Below are positions 27,951-39,491 of a DNA stretch of 64,000 bases, in pieces. The notes below the pieces were generated by a model, which had not been told where the DNA came from, ran no database searches, and saw only the letters and a program-made list of their open reading frames with translations. Position numbers and translations under genes: made by a program. Source of the DNA: Monocercomonoides exilis PA203. Its lineage: Eukaryota > Protista > Preaxostyla. Location of the stretch: contig LSRY02000013.1 in the NCBI GenBank assembly GCA_001643675.2, positions 744,001 through 808,000 of the forward strand, in the 5' to 3' direction. The stretch's first letter is position 1. The number at the start of each line of letters is the position of its first letter.

Positions 27951-28140
27951 AATATGAAGATGGTAATGTTGATTGAATTGTGAAGTGATTTTCTGAAGAA
28001 AGAGGAAGAAAAGGTTTTTCGAATGAAGAAAAAGAAGAAGAAGTTGTTGTTGTTGTTGTTGAAGATAGATGAAGAATGAATTGATATTTCCCTAACAGCA
28101 GAAAAAGACTCTTTTCGACTGTCTGTCAATTTCCTCCTCT

Positions 28141-28277
28141 CTTCTTCTTCTTTATCTTCTTCTTTTTCTTCTTCTTCTTTTTCTTCTTCTTCTTCTTCTT
28201 CTTCTTCTTCTTCTTCTTCTTCTTCTTCTTCTTCTTCTTCTTCTTCTTCTTCTTCTTCTTCTTCTTCTTCTTCTTCT
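28141..28277 (+). repeat. (TTC)n tract
   Basis: Long, nearly perfect TTC run just downstream of family copy C. Confidence 0.9.
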
Positions 28278-28347
28278 GTTTCCTTTCTTTTTCTGACTGA
28301 ACAAAAACAATTTCTGAAAAGTTTGAAATAGAAAAAGCGCTTTTGAT

Positions 28348-29802
28348 TCAAACAAATACAAAATAATCTGAAATATTCAATGATAATCTATCGCAATAGT
28401 GTCTGTTAAGAAAATCAAATATTTTATGAAAGGTGGCGATGGTATCTTCGTATCCTTCTTCTTCCATCTTTTCAAATATCTTCCTTTTTGTTTCCTTTCT
28501 TTTTTCTTCTTCAGCTTCTCCATCCGTCTTTTCTTTCATTCTTCTTGAAATATTCAAAAAGAATTGTAAGCATTCATTTGTCATGATTTTATTCAACGTT
28601 GATTGATTCATTTCCTCCAGTACAGCATCAATAGCTCCTCCCTTCAACAAGTCTTCAACATGCACATCTTTGTTACTTCCTGCTGCATTAAGTGAAAAAA
28701 TGCATAGATTGTGAAATTTTTTGGAATTATCTCTTGATGCTCGAAATAACTGAACAATGCTGCAAATAAGCACAATAATTTCTTCGTTCATCAATGTGGA
28801 CCAATTCAAGAAATTATCAACAATACGGATCCATCTCCAGATCACATGCATTTCCTTCACTTTCCTTTCACCTTTTTCCTCTGCTTTCTCTCTCTTCCAA
28901 TCCACACTCTTTGACAGATCTTCCAGTTCTCTTGCTGCCTCTCTTATAAAATGAAGCTCATTCACAACCACTTCTTTAAAGCTTTTCTCCTTGAAAAATT
29001 CAAAAATCAAAATATCCCAAGCAGACTGACACGCAAGATGTGAAAGATTTCGATGCTCCTGATGATATTTGATAATCTCTTTGATTTCACTTAGATATTC
29101 CTTTTGTTTGATAAACTAATTGGAAATGAGAAAAATATCAAATTTTTCAAAAAGGAAATAGAAATGTTCATACACAAAATATAATACTGTTCAATGATAT
29201 CAAAGCCATTTCCACTTCTTTTTGAACTTCCTCGTTTTCCTCTTTCTTAGATGCAACTTTTTGAAGGCAAGACATACAAATTGAAATCAACTTCGAAGGT
29301 AATTCATTATCAAACAAAAGATGACACTCACAAAGGGAAACCAAAAGCTTTTCGTTCTTTTCTTCTTTTTTCTCATCTTCTTCGATTATCATCTTTTTTA
29401 ATCTTTCGCTCAGTGAAGAAAAGCAATGGTGATCGAACATATATCCAATCAAAACTGCTCTATATCCCAAATGCTTCAACAGTATAATGACATTTTCCAT
29501 TGTTATTTTCTTTTCTTCAATCATTTCATGAATTTTGTTGAAAATTTTTGTCGTGAAAACAGTTTTGAATTCATTTTCATCCATTCCGTCAATTACTTCA
29601 TTCAGTTCTTCGATTTTCTGTTTTTGATCTTCCTCGTCACACTGTTCCAGTTCAGAAAACATTTCTTTGATGAAAAAAAAACAAAGAAAAAATTCAATCA
29701 ACAAGAATTCAAATGCAACAGCAATTGAAGACCTTTGAATTTTTTTGTGTTGTTTGTCTCCTGCATTTTTGAAAATGCATTGCAGCCATTAAACAGCAAC
29801 AT
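28348..29802 (-). CDS. Lineage-specific 3-exon helical protein family, copy C
   Basis: MLLFNGCNAFSKMQETNNTKKFK|EMFSELEQCDEEDQKQKIEE...; ORFs 29168-29704 and 28348-29010 are exons 2 and 3. Partly near-identical to copy A. Confidence 0.75.
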
Positions 29803-31089
29803 TATTATTATTTACGTTGAAAGTTCACACGTTTGGATCGAATAAATTGGCGAATAGGTCAAACTCAAACAGAATCATAAAAAATGTCAGCTTTCACACC
29901 ATCGGGTTTTGCATTTCCATTGGCAAGTATTTATTGATAATGTTAAGTTTATTCTTTTTTCTTTATGAGTTATGGATGAAATGATCAAATAATTTTCGAT
30001 GAACTGGAATATCAACTTTCAAAATGAGTGATCAGTGAGTGAATTTGTCATGCAAAATGGGATATATTCTTTCTGCAATTGCATGATTCGCGAGAAAAAC
30101 AGTTCTGGAAATCGACAAAATGTTTTTGGAGATCTGATTATCAAGTGAAAAGCATCTGTTTTACAACTTTATGAAAAAATCTGCACTTGTGCATTTTTTC
30201 ATTGTTCAATTGACTGTTACGATATTTCTATCGGTAAACTGTTTGAGCCCCAATACTCAAATTATTTTCTTATAATCATCAATCTTTTCTTTTTAGAGAA
30301 TTAAGATGAGAATGTGAATGCTATAATATTCGATTTTGGAACACAGATCTTCATGAACATGGATCGTGGATCAACTCATTTTTATTTTGAACATGAGAGA
30401 AGAACAAATTCAACTGATTATTTATATAATAGAACACAGAGAGGCAAGTTTTGCTCAGAGATAATTAGAATTAGAATATTAAGTGTGGGTGGTTTGAGTG
30501 AAAAACTTCGCCCTCCCAAATGACGTGGAAAAAAGGGCGAGATGAAAAAACAAAACAATAACATTAAAAATTGTGTAATAATAAAATAATGCATTGTCCG
30601 CTTCACTTCACCACCGGCTTCGCCTTTTGCCATGGTCTCGAAGACCAGAGGGCAGGGGGCATACCCCTCGGAGCTCCCTCCTGCAGGCTGTGCAGGGATC
30701 CGGTGAGGCGAGTGTTCTGGTTGGAGCAGAAAGAAAAACTACTTTCGCTTCTGCGAAGCGTGGAAAAGAAAACTGCGTGTGATACGCTCTGCCTCCAGCT
30801 CTTCTGCTGTATTTGCATAGCAATCCTAATCATCACACACTTCATATTTGAAATTAAATTCTTCTTTGTGAAAACAGTCATAATCTTGTAAAGGAGTAGG
30901 ATCATGCTTGAAACTTTTTATTCGTTCTCTTGTTTCTCTAAACAGGTTCTCGGTGCACATGAATATCTTCGGGCGGTTGATCTTTCTTTCTCTTTTTTCA
31001 TAACTCTCCCTTTTTTTCTCGTCATCTCTCCTCAAAATTCTTGCACACCTTCGCACCAAGCAGCTTTGAGTCTCTCCATCTGCGTATGT

Positions 31090-31185
31090 ATTATCTCGGA
31101 GCAAACCTATCTCATTGCGTTCTATCAATTCGCAATAGAGCGAATATACGAACGCAAGGAGCAGGTTTGCTCCTCAATAATGAGT
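31090..31185. repeat. DIRS internal complementary region (ICR)
   Basis: 31128-31185 is the reverse complement of 36394-36451 with few mismatches; 31090-31127 is a looser reverse complement of 30427-30465. Confidence 0.8.
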
Positions 31186-31295
31186 CCTGAAACCCCTCGC
31201 TCTCTTTTCTCCCCTGATCTTAAACCCTCCTGCCTAGCACGTCATCGTGCTGCGGATGAATAGAAAGCCTGCGGATGAAGGTGCGGCCCCTTTCT

Positions 31296-33545
31296 CTACT
31301 CCCTCCCTCTCTTGGAATGTTTTCGGTGTGTTCTTGATCGGGTCTTCTGCCGCTGAAACGTCATGGCAATTTGCCCTATGTTTCTCTCTCCGCGTTTCCT
31401 CCTATTAGTCTCCAACTTTTTCTGTGAGGCAGTCTGTCTGCCCTCCGTCAGCTCCATCACGCTGTGGGGAATTATGGAATGTGTCTTCCCACATTTGGGA
31501 AGTTGAGCTATATCACTCTCATGCTGTGAACTCCTCTCTTGAATTGGCCCTCGTCTCTTCAATCTCTTTCTCTTGTTCGTATCCACTTCTCCCCCAGCTT
31601 GTGATATCTCTTCAGGACACTCCTTTGTTTCAGATTCTGTATTCTCATTTATAATATCCTTTCTTTTGCTATCCATCTGCGACTTGTCTCCCTCTCCTGC
31701 AAGTGGTACTGGTCCGCCGATGGTCTCCAGGATCCATTTCGTGTACTGCACCGGTGACACGGTATAATATTTTTGGGCTACTCTCGAACCTGGAGCCCAT
31801 CTTGCATAAGCATTGATTGCTTTGCATTCTGCATCTTGTTGTCTTGCTAAGTGTGTAATCACTGCGTGTGTTTTTGAGTACACCGTGAAAGTTTCGTGTA
31901 TTCCGTTCTCTCTAAGAATAGCCGTTTGTTCTTCCTTAATTTTCTGTAGGTTAGCCGGTCTTCTCCCATCCATGTCAAGCTACACATGTTCGCTCTTCAA
32001 AGTCGTCATTGTATAGTCCATCCAGCGTTGAAGTGCTTCCACTGCATCGATACGTGGATTGGGGTGTTTCCGTACTGTAACTTTAATAACCTCACATACC
32101 GACGTCTGGGTTGGTACTTGTGTCTGGACTAACTCGTCCTTAAATAAAGTTGTATCACTTCTCATTCTCTTCAGCTCTGCTGGTCTTAAAGCTCCGAAGA
32201 TCATGGTCAGGATGAGGGCTCTCCTCTGGAGTGTCCGTATATCTTTTGCGTCGTAGGTGCTTTCAGCTCATTTCGTGATGATCGTCAAGTCCCACATCGT
32301 CTTGTGCCGTTCACCCTTTCTCGGCTTCTCCCCCACATAAGTCTTAAGAAATATCTCTATGTCCTTCCCATCAATTTTCTTCTCTCAAAACAGATTTAAA
32401 GAATCCAGTACTTTCCGAACTGTCTGATGAATCACTCCACTGGACAGGTTAGTATTTGAAATCGTTTTGGTAAACTCTTCCATAATCCATATGGCATATC
32501 TAGTTGTGAGGGGGTCCGTGTCATCCATGCTCTCCCTATCAAGGAATTGTCAAAATTTTCACAGCGCTCTCCATGAATCCCTTTCGCTCTTCTGGTTTTT
32601 CAGTATTGCTGCTGCTATGTCTTTTGCTCCAAAATGTTCTCCCCATTCTGAAAAGAGGTCCCTTCCTGGGATATTTTCATCCTCAGTGTGATGCTTATAA
32701 CCTCTACTGGGTGTATCTTCTGGCCTTCCCTTCTCATCCTGGCTCCTGGTATCAAACACTCCTGGAATGTCCCCAGGGTCTTTCTCAAATGCCCAGGCTG
32801 CAGCAGCGGGGTCCAGGTCTGCCCCCTCCAAGCTGTCAGAATCAGAATCGTCAGTTCCCTCTGGGCTTCCTTCATCTTCTCTTTCAGAGTCCGTCCAATG
32901 TTTCTCAGGAACGGGTGGACTAGCACTATGTCGTTTTCTGGTGTTTCTCTCTCTCTCTTCCTTCTTAAAGAGGATAGTCTCCAAGTACTTCAACAGGGCA
33001 CTGGCACAGTCGGTTCTAAGATTGTATCTAGTATTTTCGTTGCGATTGTTTGTAATATCTCTGCGACTTTCTCCCCCTTCAGTGCATAGTCCGGCTTCTT
33101 CGCCATCCGGCAGAGTGCATCTGCTTCCGTGTTCTGCTCTCCCGGGAGATGTTCCGTCTGTATTGTGATGTCCAGGCTGTTCAATTTCTTCTCCAATGCT
33201 CTCAGTGTTGGAATGAGCGATTGCGCTCCTCTCTTCTTCTGGATGGTCCATCTCGTGGACATATTGTCTGTCCTCAGACAAATATGGTCTATCTCCTGTT
33301 CTTTCAGCCATGCTCCTTTCCTTTCTTAAGTCCTCAACACTGCTCTGGACTCCTTTTCGTTTATCGCTAACGCACTCTCCTGGAGGGTCCAACTTCCATG
33401 GACATATATCTTCTCCTCTTTGTTCTCCATCAGTATTGTTAATACTGCGCCTCAACCAAGCTCTGACGAGTATGCCATTAAATCTGCTGGCCTTGTTCTC
33501 TTCCTCAGACACCTCGATCTGTTCTCGAGCAGGATTCACCTCCAA
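31296..33545 (-). pseudogene. DIRS tyrosine recombinase ORF, interrupted by stops and frameshifts
   Basis: Fragments 32559-33545, 31980-32204 and 31296-31973, plus the intervening KTMWDL motif. The catalytic-region motifs RPAEL and ...RW...YY are recognisable. Confidence 0.75.
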
Positions 33546-34638
33546 TTTGTTAATTCTCCCAGTGTCATTGGGTTGGCTTTTTCAGTTCCGTTCCAGCCCC
33601 TGCGAGCAAATGCCTGCCTCAGAATATATTGCATGCGCCTCATTCACAAGCTCGCTGGTGGGTGTTGCGGCCTCACAAAATTCAGCCTCCCTTGGAGTGT
33701 TGCTAAGTCCCTCGTCTTCTGTATCCTCCTCTTCTTTGCCAGTGCTATCCAGGTTCGCACGTCCTCCAGCAGCAGCACTCTCTTCCTTTCTTGGAGCGTT
33801 ACTTCCATCTACTCTGAGTTCCACAACCATCCCAGAAACTCCACGCTCCTTGTGGGTTCCATCTTCAGTTTCTCTTCCGGCAGTATCCAGCCCAGATTCC
33901 TCAGGAACTGGGCTATCTCCTGTGAGATCGATCTCTAAATTCCCTGTCTGTGTGCATGAGGAGAATGTCGTCCAGATATATTACAAGCTTTTCCTTCCAC
34001 TGCTTTCTGATATATGACGCCGCCCGTCTCATTTTCTTCGTGAATACTCTGGGCGCGTCCTTTGCTCCAAATGGTATCCCCACGTAAGCGTAGCATTGAT
34101 TTTGAAAGCTGAAGCACAGAAAGGGAATGAATTGTTCGTCCACTTTGACATGTTGATACGCGCTCGATATGTCGAGAGTGGTCATCCAATCGTTCTCCTC
34201 CAAGAGTTCCACTACTGTCTCCTGGGAATCCATCTTGAAGTGCTTTCACTGTGCTTCCTTATTTAAGTCCCTGTAGTCTAAGTTCTTTCTCAACTTTCCG
34301 TTTTTCTTTCGAACCATAAATGTCGGGTTGAACCACTTCACCTCCGACTCTGGAGTGGGCTTCACCACTCCTTCCTTCGATTCCTCCTCCAAGAGGGATA
34401 AATAATTGTTCGTCATCTCCGTTGTTCCCCGAAATTCTTGTCTGTGTTTTCTCTCCTCCAGTGAGATTGGGGATTGGGGACTTTTCCATCGAGCTCTTAT
34501 ATCACGGCTCACAAGTTTGTCATCCCCAATCTTCTTCCACTCGCTCAGCCTGTTCACTTGTCTCCCAGGAAGTGGTTCCCTCAGTGGTCCAATTGCTATA
34601 CTCCTTTTCATTTCTGGCGTCTTGTGGCCAGACTGCAT
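32615..34638 (-). pseudogene. DIRS pol: reverse transcriptase, RNase H and methyltransferase-like domains, disrupted
   Basis: ORF pieces 34246-34638, 33913-34233 (YLDD), 32990-33262 (RNase H end) and 32615-32926 (VHPFLRNIG..LILTAWRGQTWTPLL, MT-like). Confidence 0.85.
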
Positions 34639-34929
34639 CTGTGAAATCTCTTCCCCTTCGAGAGTATCTGCAATTGCTGTCTTCGAGCTCTTCTCCAGAG
34701 TGCTCCCAAATGGGGAACCGATTGCAATCCCAGAAGCTCTCCAAACTATCTTCTCGTTCTTCCTCTTGCTCGTCTATATCGTCACTCGGGGATATGCGGA
34801 GTCTTCTTCTGTTTTCTATGCATCGTATCGCGCATCTTCTCTCGATATCTCAATCACACAATCCCGTGTGATTTCTCGTTCTCTCTCCTTCCTTTGGTCC
34901 AACCAGCTCACAACCTCTCCGATATACAT

Positions 34930-36094
34930 TTATTGTTTCCGCACTTCCTTCTCTGATCGTGTCTCGTGCGGAGCTACGGTTTCTCGTTGTATATTCATTT
35001 CGTTGTAATTTGCTTCTCTCTCCTCTCTCGGTCTCGCGGCAAAGTGTGGCTCTCTCTTCTCTCTCTCTACTCTCTCCTCTTTCTCTCCACTCCTGCGACT
35101 ACTTGTTGGCTCCGATTGATGGTTCCATCGCTGTCCCTCCTTGAGTCCTTGGGGGAGCTGGGGGCAATGGTCCAAAGATAGGGGCTGGCCTCCCTGAGGT
35201 CGTTGGTAGGAACTGGGCCTGGAACTGTGGAGTTCTCTTCTTCCCCCTGAAGTCCGTGAAGCTTTTGCAGTGTCCCCTTCTCTGGAGCTGTCTGTATACG
35301 AATCCCTGGATGCTCCTTCCCGAACTGTATCTTCTCGGGGGTCCACTTCTGGACGTTGCAGGACCATAATTTGTTGTGGAGTCGGGGGATGCACCGTATC
35401 CTGTAACATCTCCCTCTGCTTAAAAAAAGCTGGTGCTCTCAACCAGCTTCTTCAGGTTCTCTGGAACCGCCTTGGACTTTCCTCCTTCTTTAAAACCTTT
35501 CGTATTCTCCCAGCTCGATTAGGGGATAACTTTCTGTAAATTTATTCTGCTGATGCAGTCTGCGATAAGCGCGTAGGCGCAAAACAGTCCTCTCAGTCGT
35601 CCTTTCTCCTCTTCCATGAGGTGCGTTCTCTCCAGCTCCTTCACCGTGAGGGCTGCGACCACTTTTGCAGCTTCAAACCCCGATTCCAGGGCGGGTTGAA
35701 GCAGCTCGATAACCCGGGCGGCTTCTGGAGAATCCTTTCTTCCCTCAGCGGTGACCCCCGTCACTGCTAAGGCGTTCCAACTCATGTCAGTGTGCCTGGT
35801 GAAAAAGTTCTTTTCCGTCTCCGGAATAAATGTATTCAAGATATCATCATTTATCCTGATAGATCCGGCTTTGCAAAAGTCCATGAATCTCTTCAGTTTT
35901 CCTGCTTGTCTCCTAGGCGTTAACCATTCGTCTGGGAAAATTCCCAAGAAATCTTCGGATCTATCTTGCTCTTCTTCCCGCTTTTCTGTGTTTTCGGAAT
36001 CGCTCTCGCTGGTTTCTACATCGTCCCATTTCTTCATCTGGTTACGTCCGCGACTGCCCCTCAATCGCTGTCTGTGTTTCTTCTTCATGATCAA
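34930..36094 (-). CDS. DIRS gag-like ORF1 fragments
   Basis: Charged ORFs 35519-36094 and 34930-35442 lie upstream of RT inside the element. Assigned by position only. Confidence 0.5.
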
Positions 36095-36939
36095 ATTGGA
36101 AAAATCTGACTTAAAATACCATTCACTTAATCTCGTGCGGGATCTTTTCCTTTTTCATTGGCATCTTCTCTATTGCTCAGGAGCGACTCGGACACGTTTA
36201 ACTTCTTGCAATTTATTCGATCATATTTTTCACTCTTGAAAGTCTATATGCAAGATCAATTCCTTTATCCTCGCTGTCGCTGTTTACCAATCTGACAGGA
36301 CCTTGTGTCATTTCAACTGTGGACAATGGTGTATAAGATAAGATTATTTGTTTGCCAAGTTTCATCTTTAATCACTTATAGTTTAAGATCAAAACTCATT
36401 ATCGAGGAGCAAACCTGCTCCTTGCGTTGGCAGATTCGCTCTATTGAGAATAGATCAGCTTCGTTGAAAGAGAAATAAAATGATTCAATTTAACTATTCT
36501 TTCCAATAGTTTCTATTTATTTCCTCCTTTCTCTCTTTCTTTTTGCTCTTTCTCTCTTTAATTTTCTTCATCTTCATCATCATTTCTTTCCTTCTTTTTA
36601 TTCTTAATATTCAATTTATCTATTTTTCTTCATTTTTTCAAAACATGTTGAATTTCTATTTTCTTTTTATTTCCACCAGAATCTCTTCAAATCTTCTCTG
36701 AAGTTTTCCTCTTTCTTCTCCTTCTTTCGATTCTTTCTCGTTATAAGAACAAAAACTTAAAAATAAAAAAAGAAAGGAAAGGAAAAATGAAAGGAAAAAA
36801 GAAGAAAAAAATTCTAATCAAATGAAGTTGATGATTATAAAAATAACAATAGCAATAAAGAAGAAGATTTTGTGAGATGCAATGCTGATATATTTGAAGA
36901 AGTTGATGATGATGAAGGAAAAGTTGGATGAAATGGCGT

Positions 36940-37500
36940 TGGTGCATGAAACAAAGGAGAAGGAGAAGAAGAGGAATAAGAAGAAGAAGAAGAAACGAAA
37001 GAGATGCTAATTCTTTGAGAATAGCTTCGTTTGATTGAATTACACTTGTCCTTGTGTCAATTGTGGAATGAAGAATATTCTGAACTTATATTAAATCCAG
37101 TGCGACTGCGTAAAGAAGCAAAGGGGAAAAACAAAAAAATATGCTGCAAATGTGTTTATTCATTTGAAAGAGCAGTGAACAACAGAGCTACAAAAGTTGA
37201 TGCATTGTTGTATGAAGGTTCAGTTGATATCACTTCATGGGAAACAGTTCGTTCAAAAGAGATCGATTACTTAAATGTTCATCACTTTCATTTCTGTGAA
37301 AAGCTTTATGAAAGATTGAAAGAAAACATTGGAACCGAGAAAGAGAATTCAGAACAGAAAGAGATATAACGAAAGATATTTGAAAAAATGGAGGAAGAAG
37401 GTTATGAAGATTTCATTTTGGGATTGAAATGCTGCGTGGAGATAGGAGTTAATACGATTATTTTTTTTCAAAAGTGGAGAAAATAACGCTAATTATTTTG
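36940..37500 (+). pseudogene. Decayed exon-3 fragment of the 3-exon helical family
   Basis: ETKEMLIL*..CQLWNEE..SFERAVNNRATKVDALLYEGSVD..ERLKE..*RKIFEKMEEEGYED with in-frame stops. Confidence 0.7.
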
Positions 37501-38062
37501 TTGAAAGATGATCCATATGTTTTTTTCATTTCCTATTTAGTTATTTATTTTTTCACATCATTCACTTTTGAGCAGAACACCACATAGCTTTTATAATAAA
37601 TGATATGAAAATATAAAACCAGAAGGTGCAGCTTTCAAACAGAATATCAAATTTTATTCAAAAAATAGTTCAACCAAACACATTCCAACTTTATAAAAAC
37701 TAAAAAGAAATATGAAATAAATGCCACAAAAAGTTCTTAAATTGGAACATTTCTCTTTATGTTTGATAGGCATAGTTATTTGAAACTTTTAAAGGATATA
37801 TATATATAATATGAACAAATAATTGGATATTTTCATATTGTTGAGAAGTTAGTCCAAGTGAAAGGGCTATTTAAGTTTTCGTAATTTGAACGATTGGCAG
37901 TAACTAACAGAAAAGCACCAATGAAATTCAAAAAAATGGAAAAATAAAAAAGTTTATTCAATTTTTTTAAAAATATTTTTCGAGCAACCTGATGAGTGAA
38001 TTGACACGAAAAGAAGAAAAAGTTCAATTTTCGTGTATCAAAATGAAAAACATCTCACTTCC

Positions 38063-39491
38063 TCAAGCATTCAAATAATAATCAGAAACATTCAAAGATA
38101 ATCCATAGAAATATTCACTACTGAGAAAATCAAACATTTCATGAAAGCTTGCGATAACATCCTCAAATCCTTCTTCTTCCATCTTATCAAACAGGATTCT
38201 TTTCACTTCCTCTGTTTCATCTTTCTCCTTTTCTTTCATTTTCCTTGAAACATTCAAAAAGAATATTAAGAATTCACCTGCCATACAGTCATCAAATGTT
38301 TGATTGTGAATTTCCATCAAAATGAAATCAAAAACTCCACCTTTCAGCAAAACATTGAAAACAATCAAATTTGGCTGGAAAATAATCATTTTCACAAAAA
38401 TGCCACAACATCGAAGGACAACATTGATGTAATTCTCTCTTGCTGCTCTGCACAATCTTTTCATGCATCTGAGCAATTCAACATGCTCTTCATCACAAAT
38501 CTCGATATATTCAAAGTAAATCTCAATTATGTCCAACCATCTGTCCACAATTGCAAAATCTTTCATTTTTATTCCTCTTTCTGCATCTTTTCCTTTTCTC
38601 TTCCAATCCACGCATCCTTCAAGCTCTTCCAACTCTCTTGTCGCTTCCATTCCAAAATGCAGTTCATTCTCAACCTTTTTCTCTAAGTCTCCATAAAAAG
38701 AATTCACAATGATCAATGAGTTCCAAGCAGATTGATAGGCAAGATGTGTCAGATTGTGATGTTTCTGATGATATTTGATAATTCCTTTAATCTTTTTCAA
38801 ATACTTCTTTTTTTTGATCTCCTATTTAAAAGAAATGAAGAAAAAATCTGAAACTCCAAAAAGCAAAGATACGGTCATACAATCCCTTCACGTATGTTAC
38901 TCAAAGAAAGCAATGCAATTTCCACTTCTTTTTGAATAACCTCATCTTCCTCTTTCTTCACTGCAACTTTCAAAAGGCAAGGCACACAAATAAAAAACAA
39001 TTCCTCACTCGAGATATAATAATTGAAAAGCATTGCATAACATTCACAAAGATCAGCAAGAAGATTTTCATTTTTTTCTTTATTTTTCTCATCTTCATCA
39101 ACAATCATCTTTTCAAATCTTCCGCATAATAATGAACTATGAAAGGCAGAATTCCACAAGTTCAAAAGAACTTTGTAATATCCAACATGCTTCAGCAACA
39201 CAATTGCATTTTCCATTGATAGTTTCTTTTCTTCAATCATTTTATGAATTTTATTGAATGGATATGTTGTGAAAGTGGATCTGAATTCTTTTTTGTTCAT
39301 TTCATCCAATATCTCTTTCATTTCTTCAATAACCTGTTTTTGCTCAATTTCTGAACAACACCCCAGTTCATCAAGCAATTCTTCAAAAGAAAAAGAAAAA
39401 AAAGAAAAAAATCTTATCATTAAAGATTCAAATTCAGAAATGGACAAAAACCTTGAAATTTTTCAGGACATGTAACTTCCATGGTCTTCAT
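38063..39491 (-). CDS. Lineage-specific 3-exon helical protein family, copy D
   Basis: MKTMEVTCPEKFQ|ELLDELGCCSEIEQKQVIEE...QKEVEIALLSLSNI|...KYHQKHHNLTHLAYQSAW...KMEEEGFED...LSLNVSDYY. Confidence 0.75.

Larger units (their letters stand above)
30427..36451 (-). mobile_element. DIRS-like tyrosine-recombinase retrotransposon, degenerate
   Basis: A visibly GC-richer block with gag-like ORFs, then RT (FNPTFMVRKKNGKLR, TTLDISSAYQHV, IPFGAKDAPRVF, IYLDDIL), RNase H (HLPGEQNTEADAL), an MT-like segment and a tyrosine recombinase (GALRPAEL, YSKTHA, RWAPGSRVAQKYY). Imperfect terminal inverted repeats and an internal complementary region are present. Confidence 0.9.

Noticed and set aside
27766-28361. 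Poly-E, poly-R and poly-F ORFs
   Set aside because: They are translations of the GAA/TTC microsatellites.
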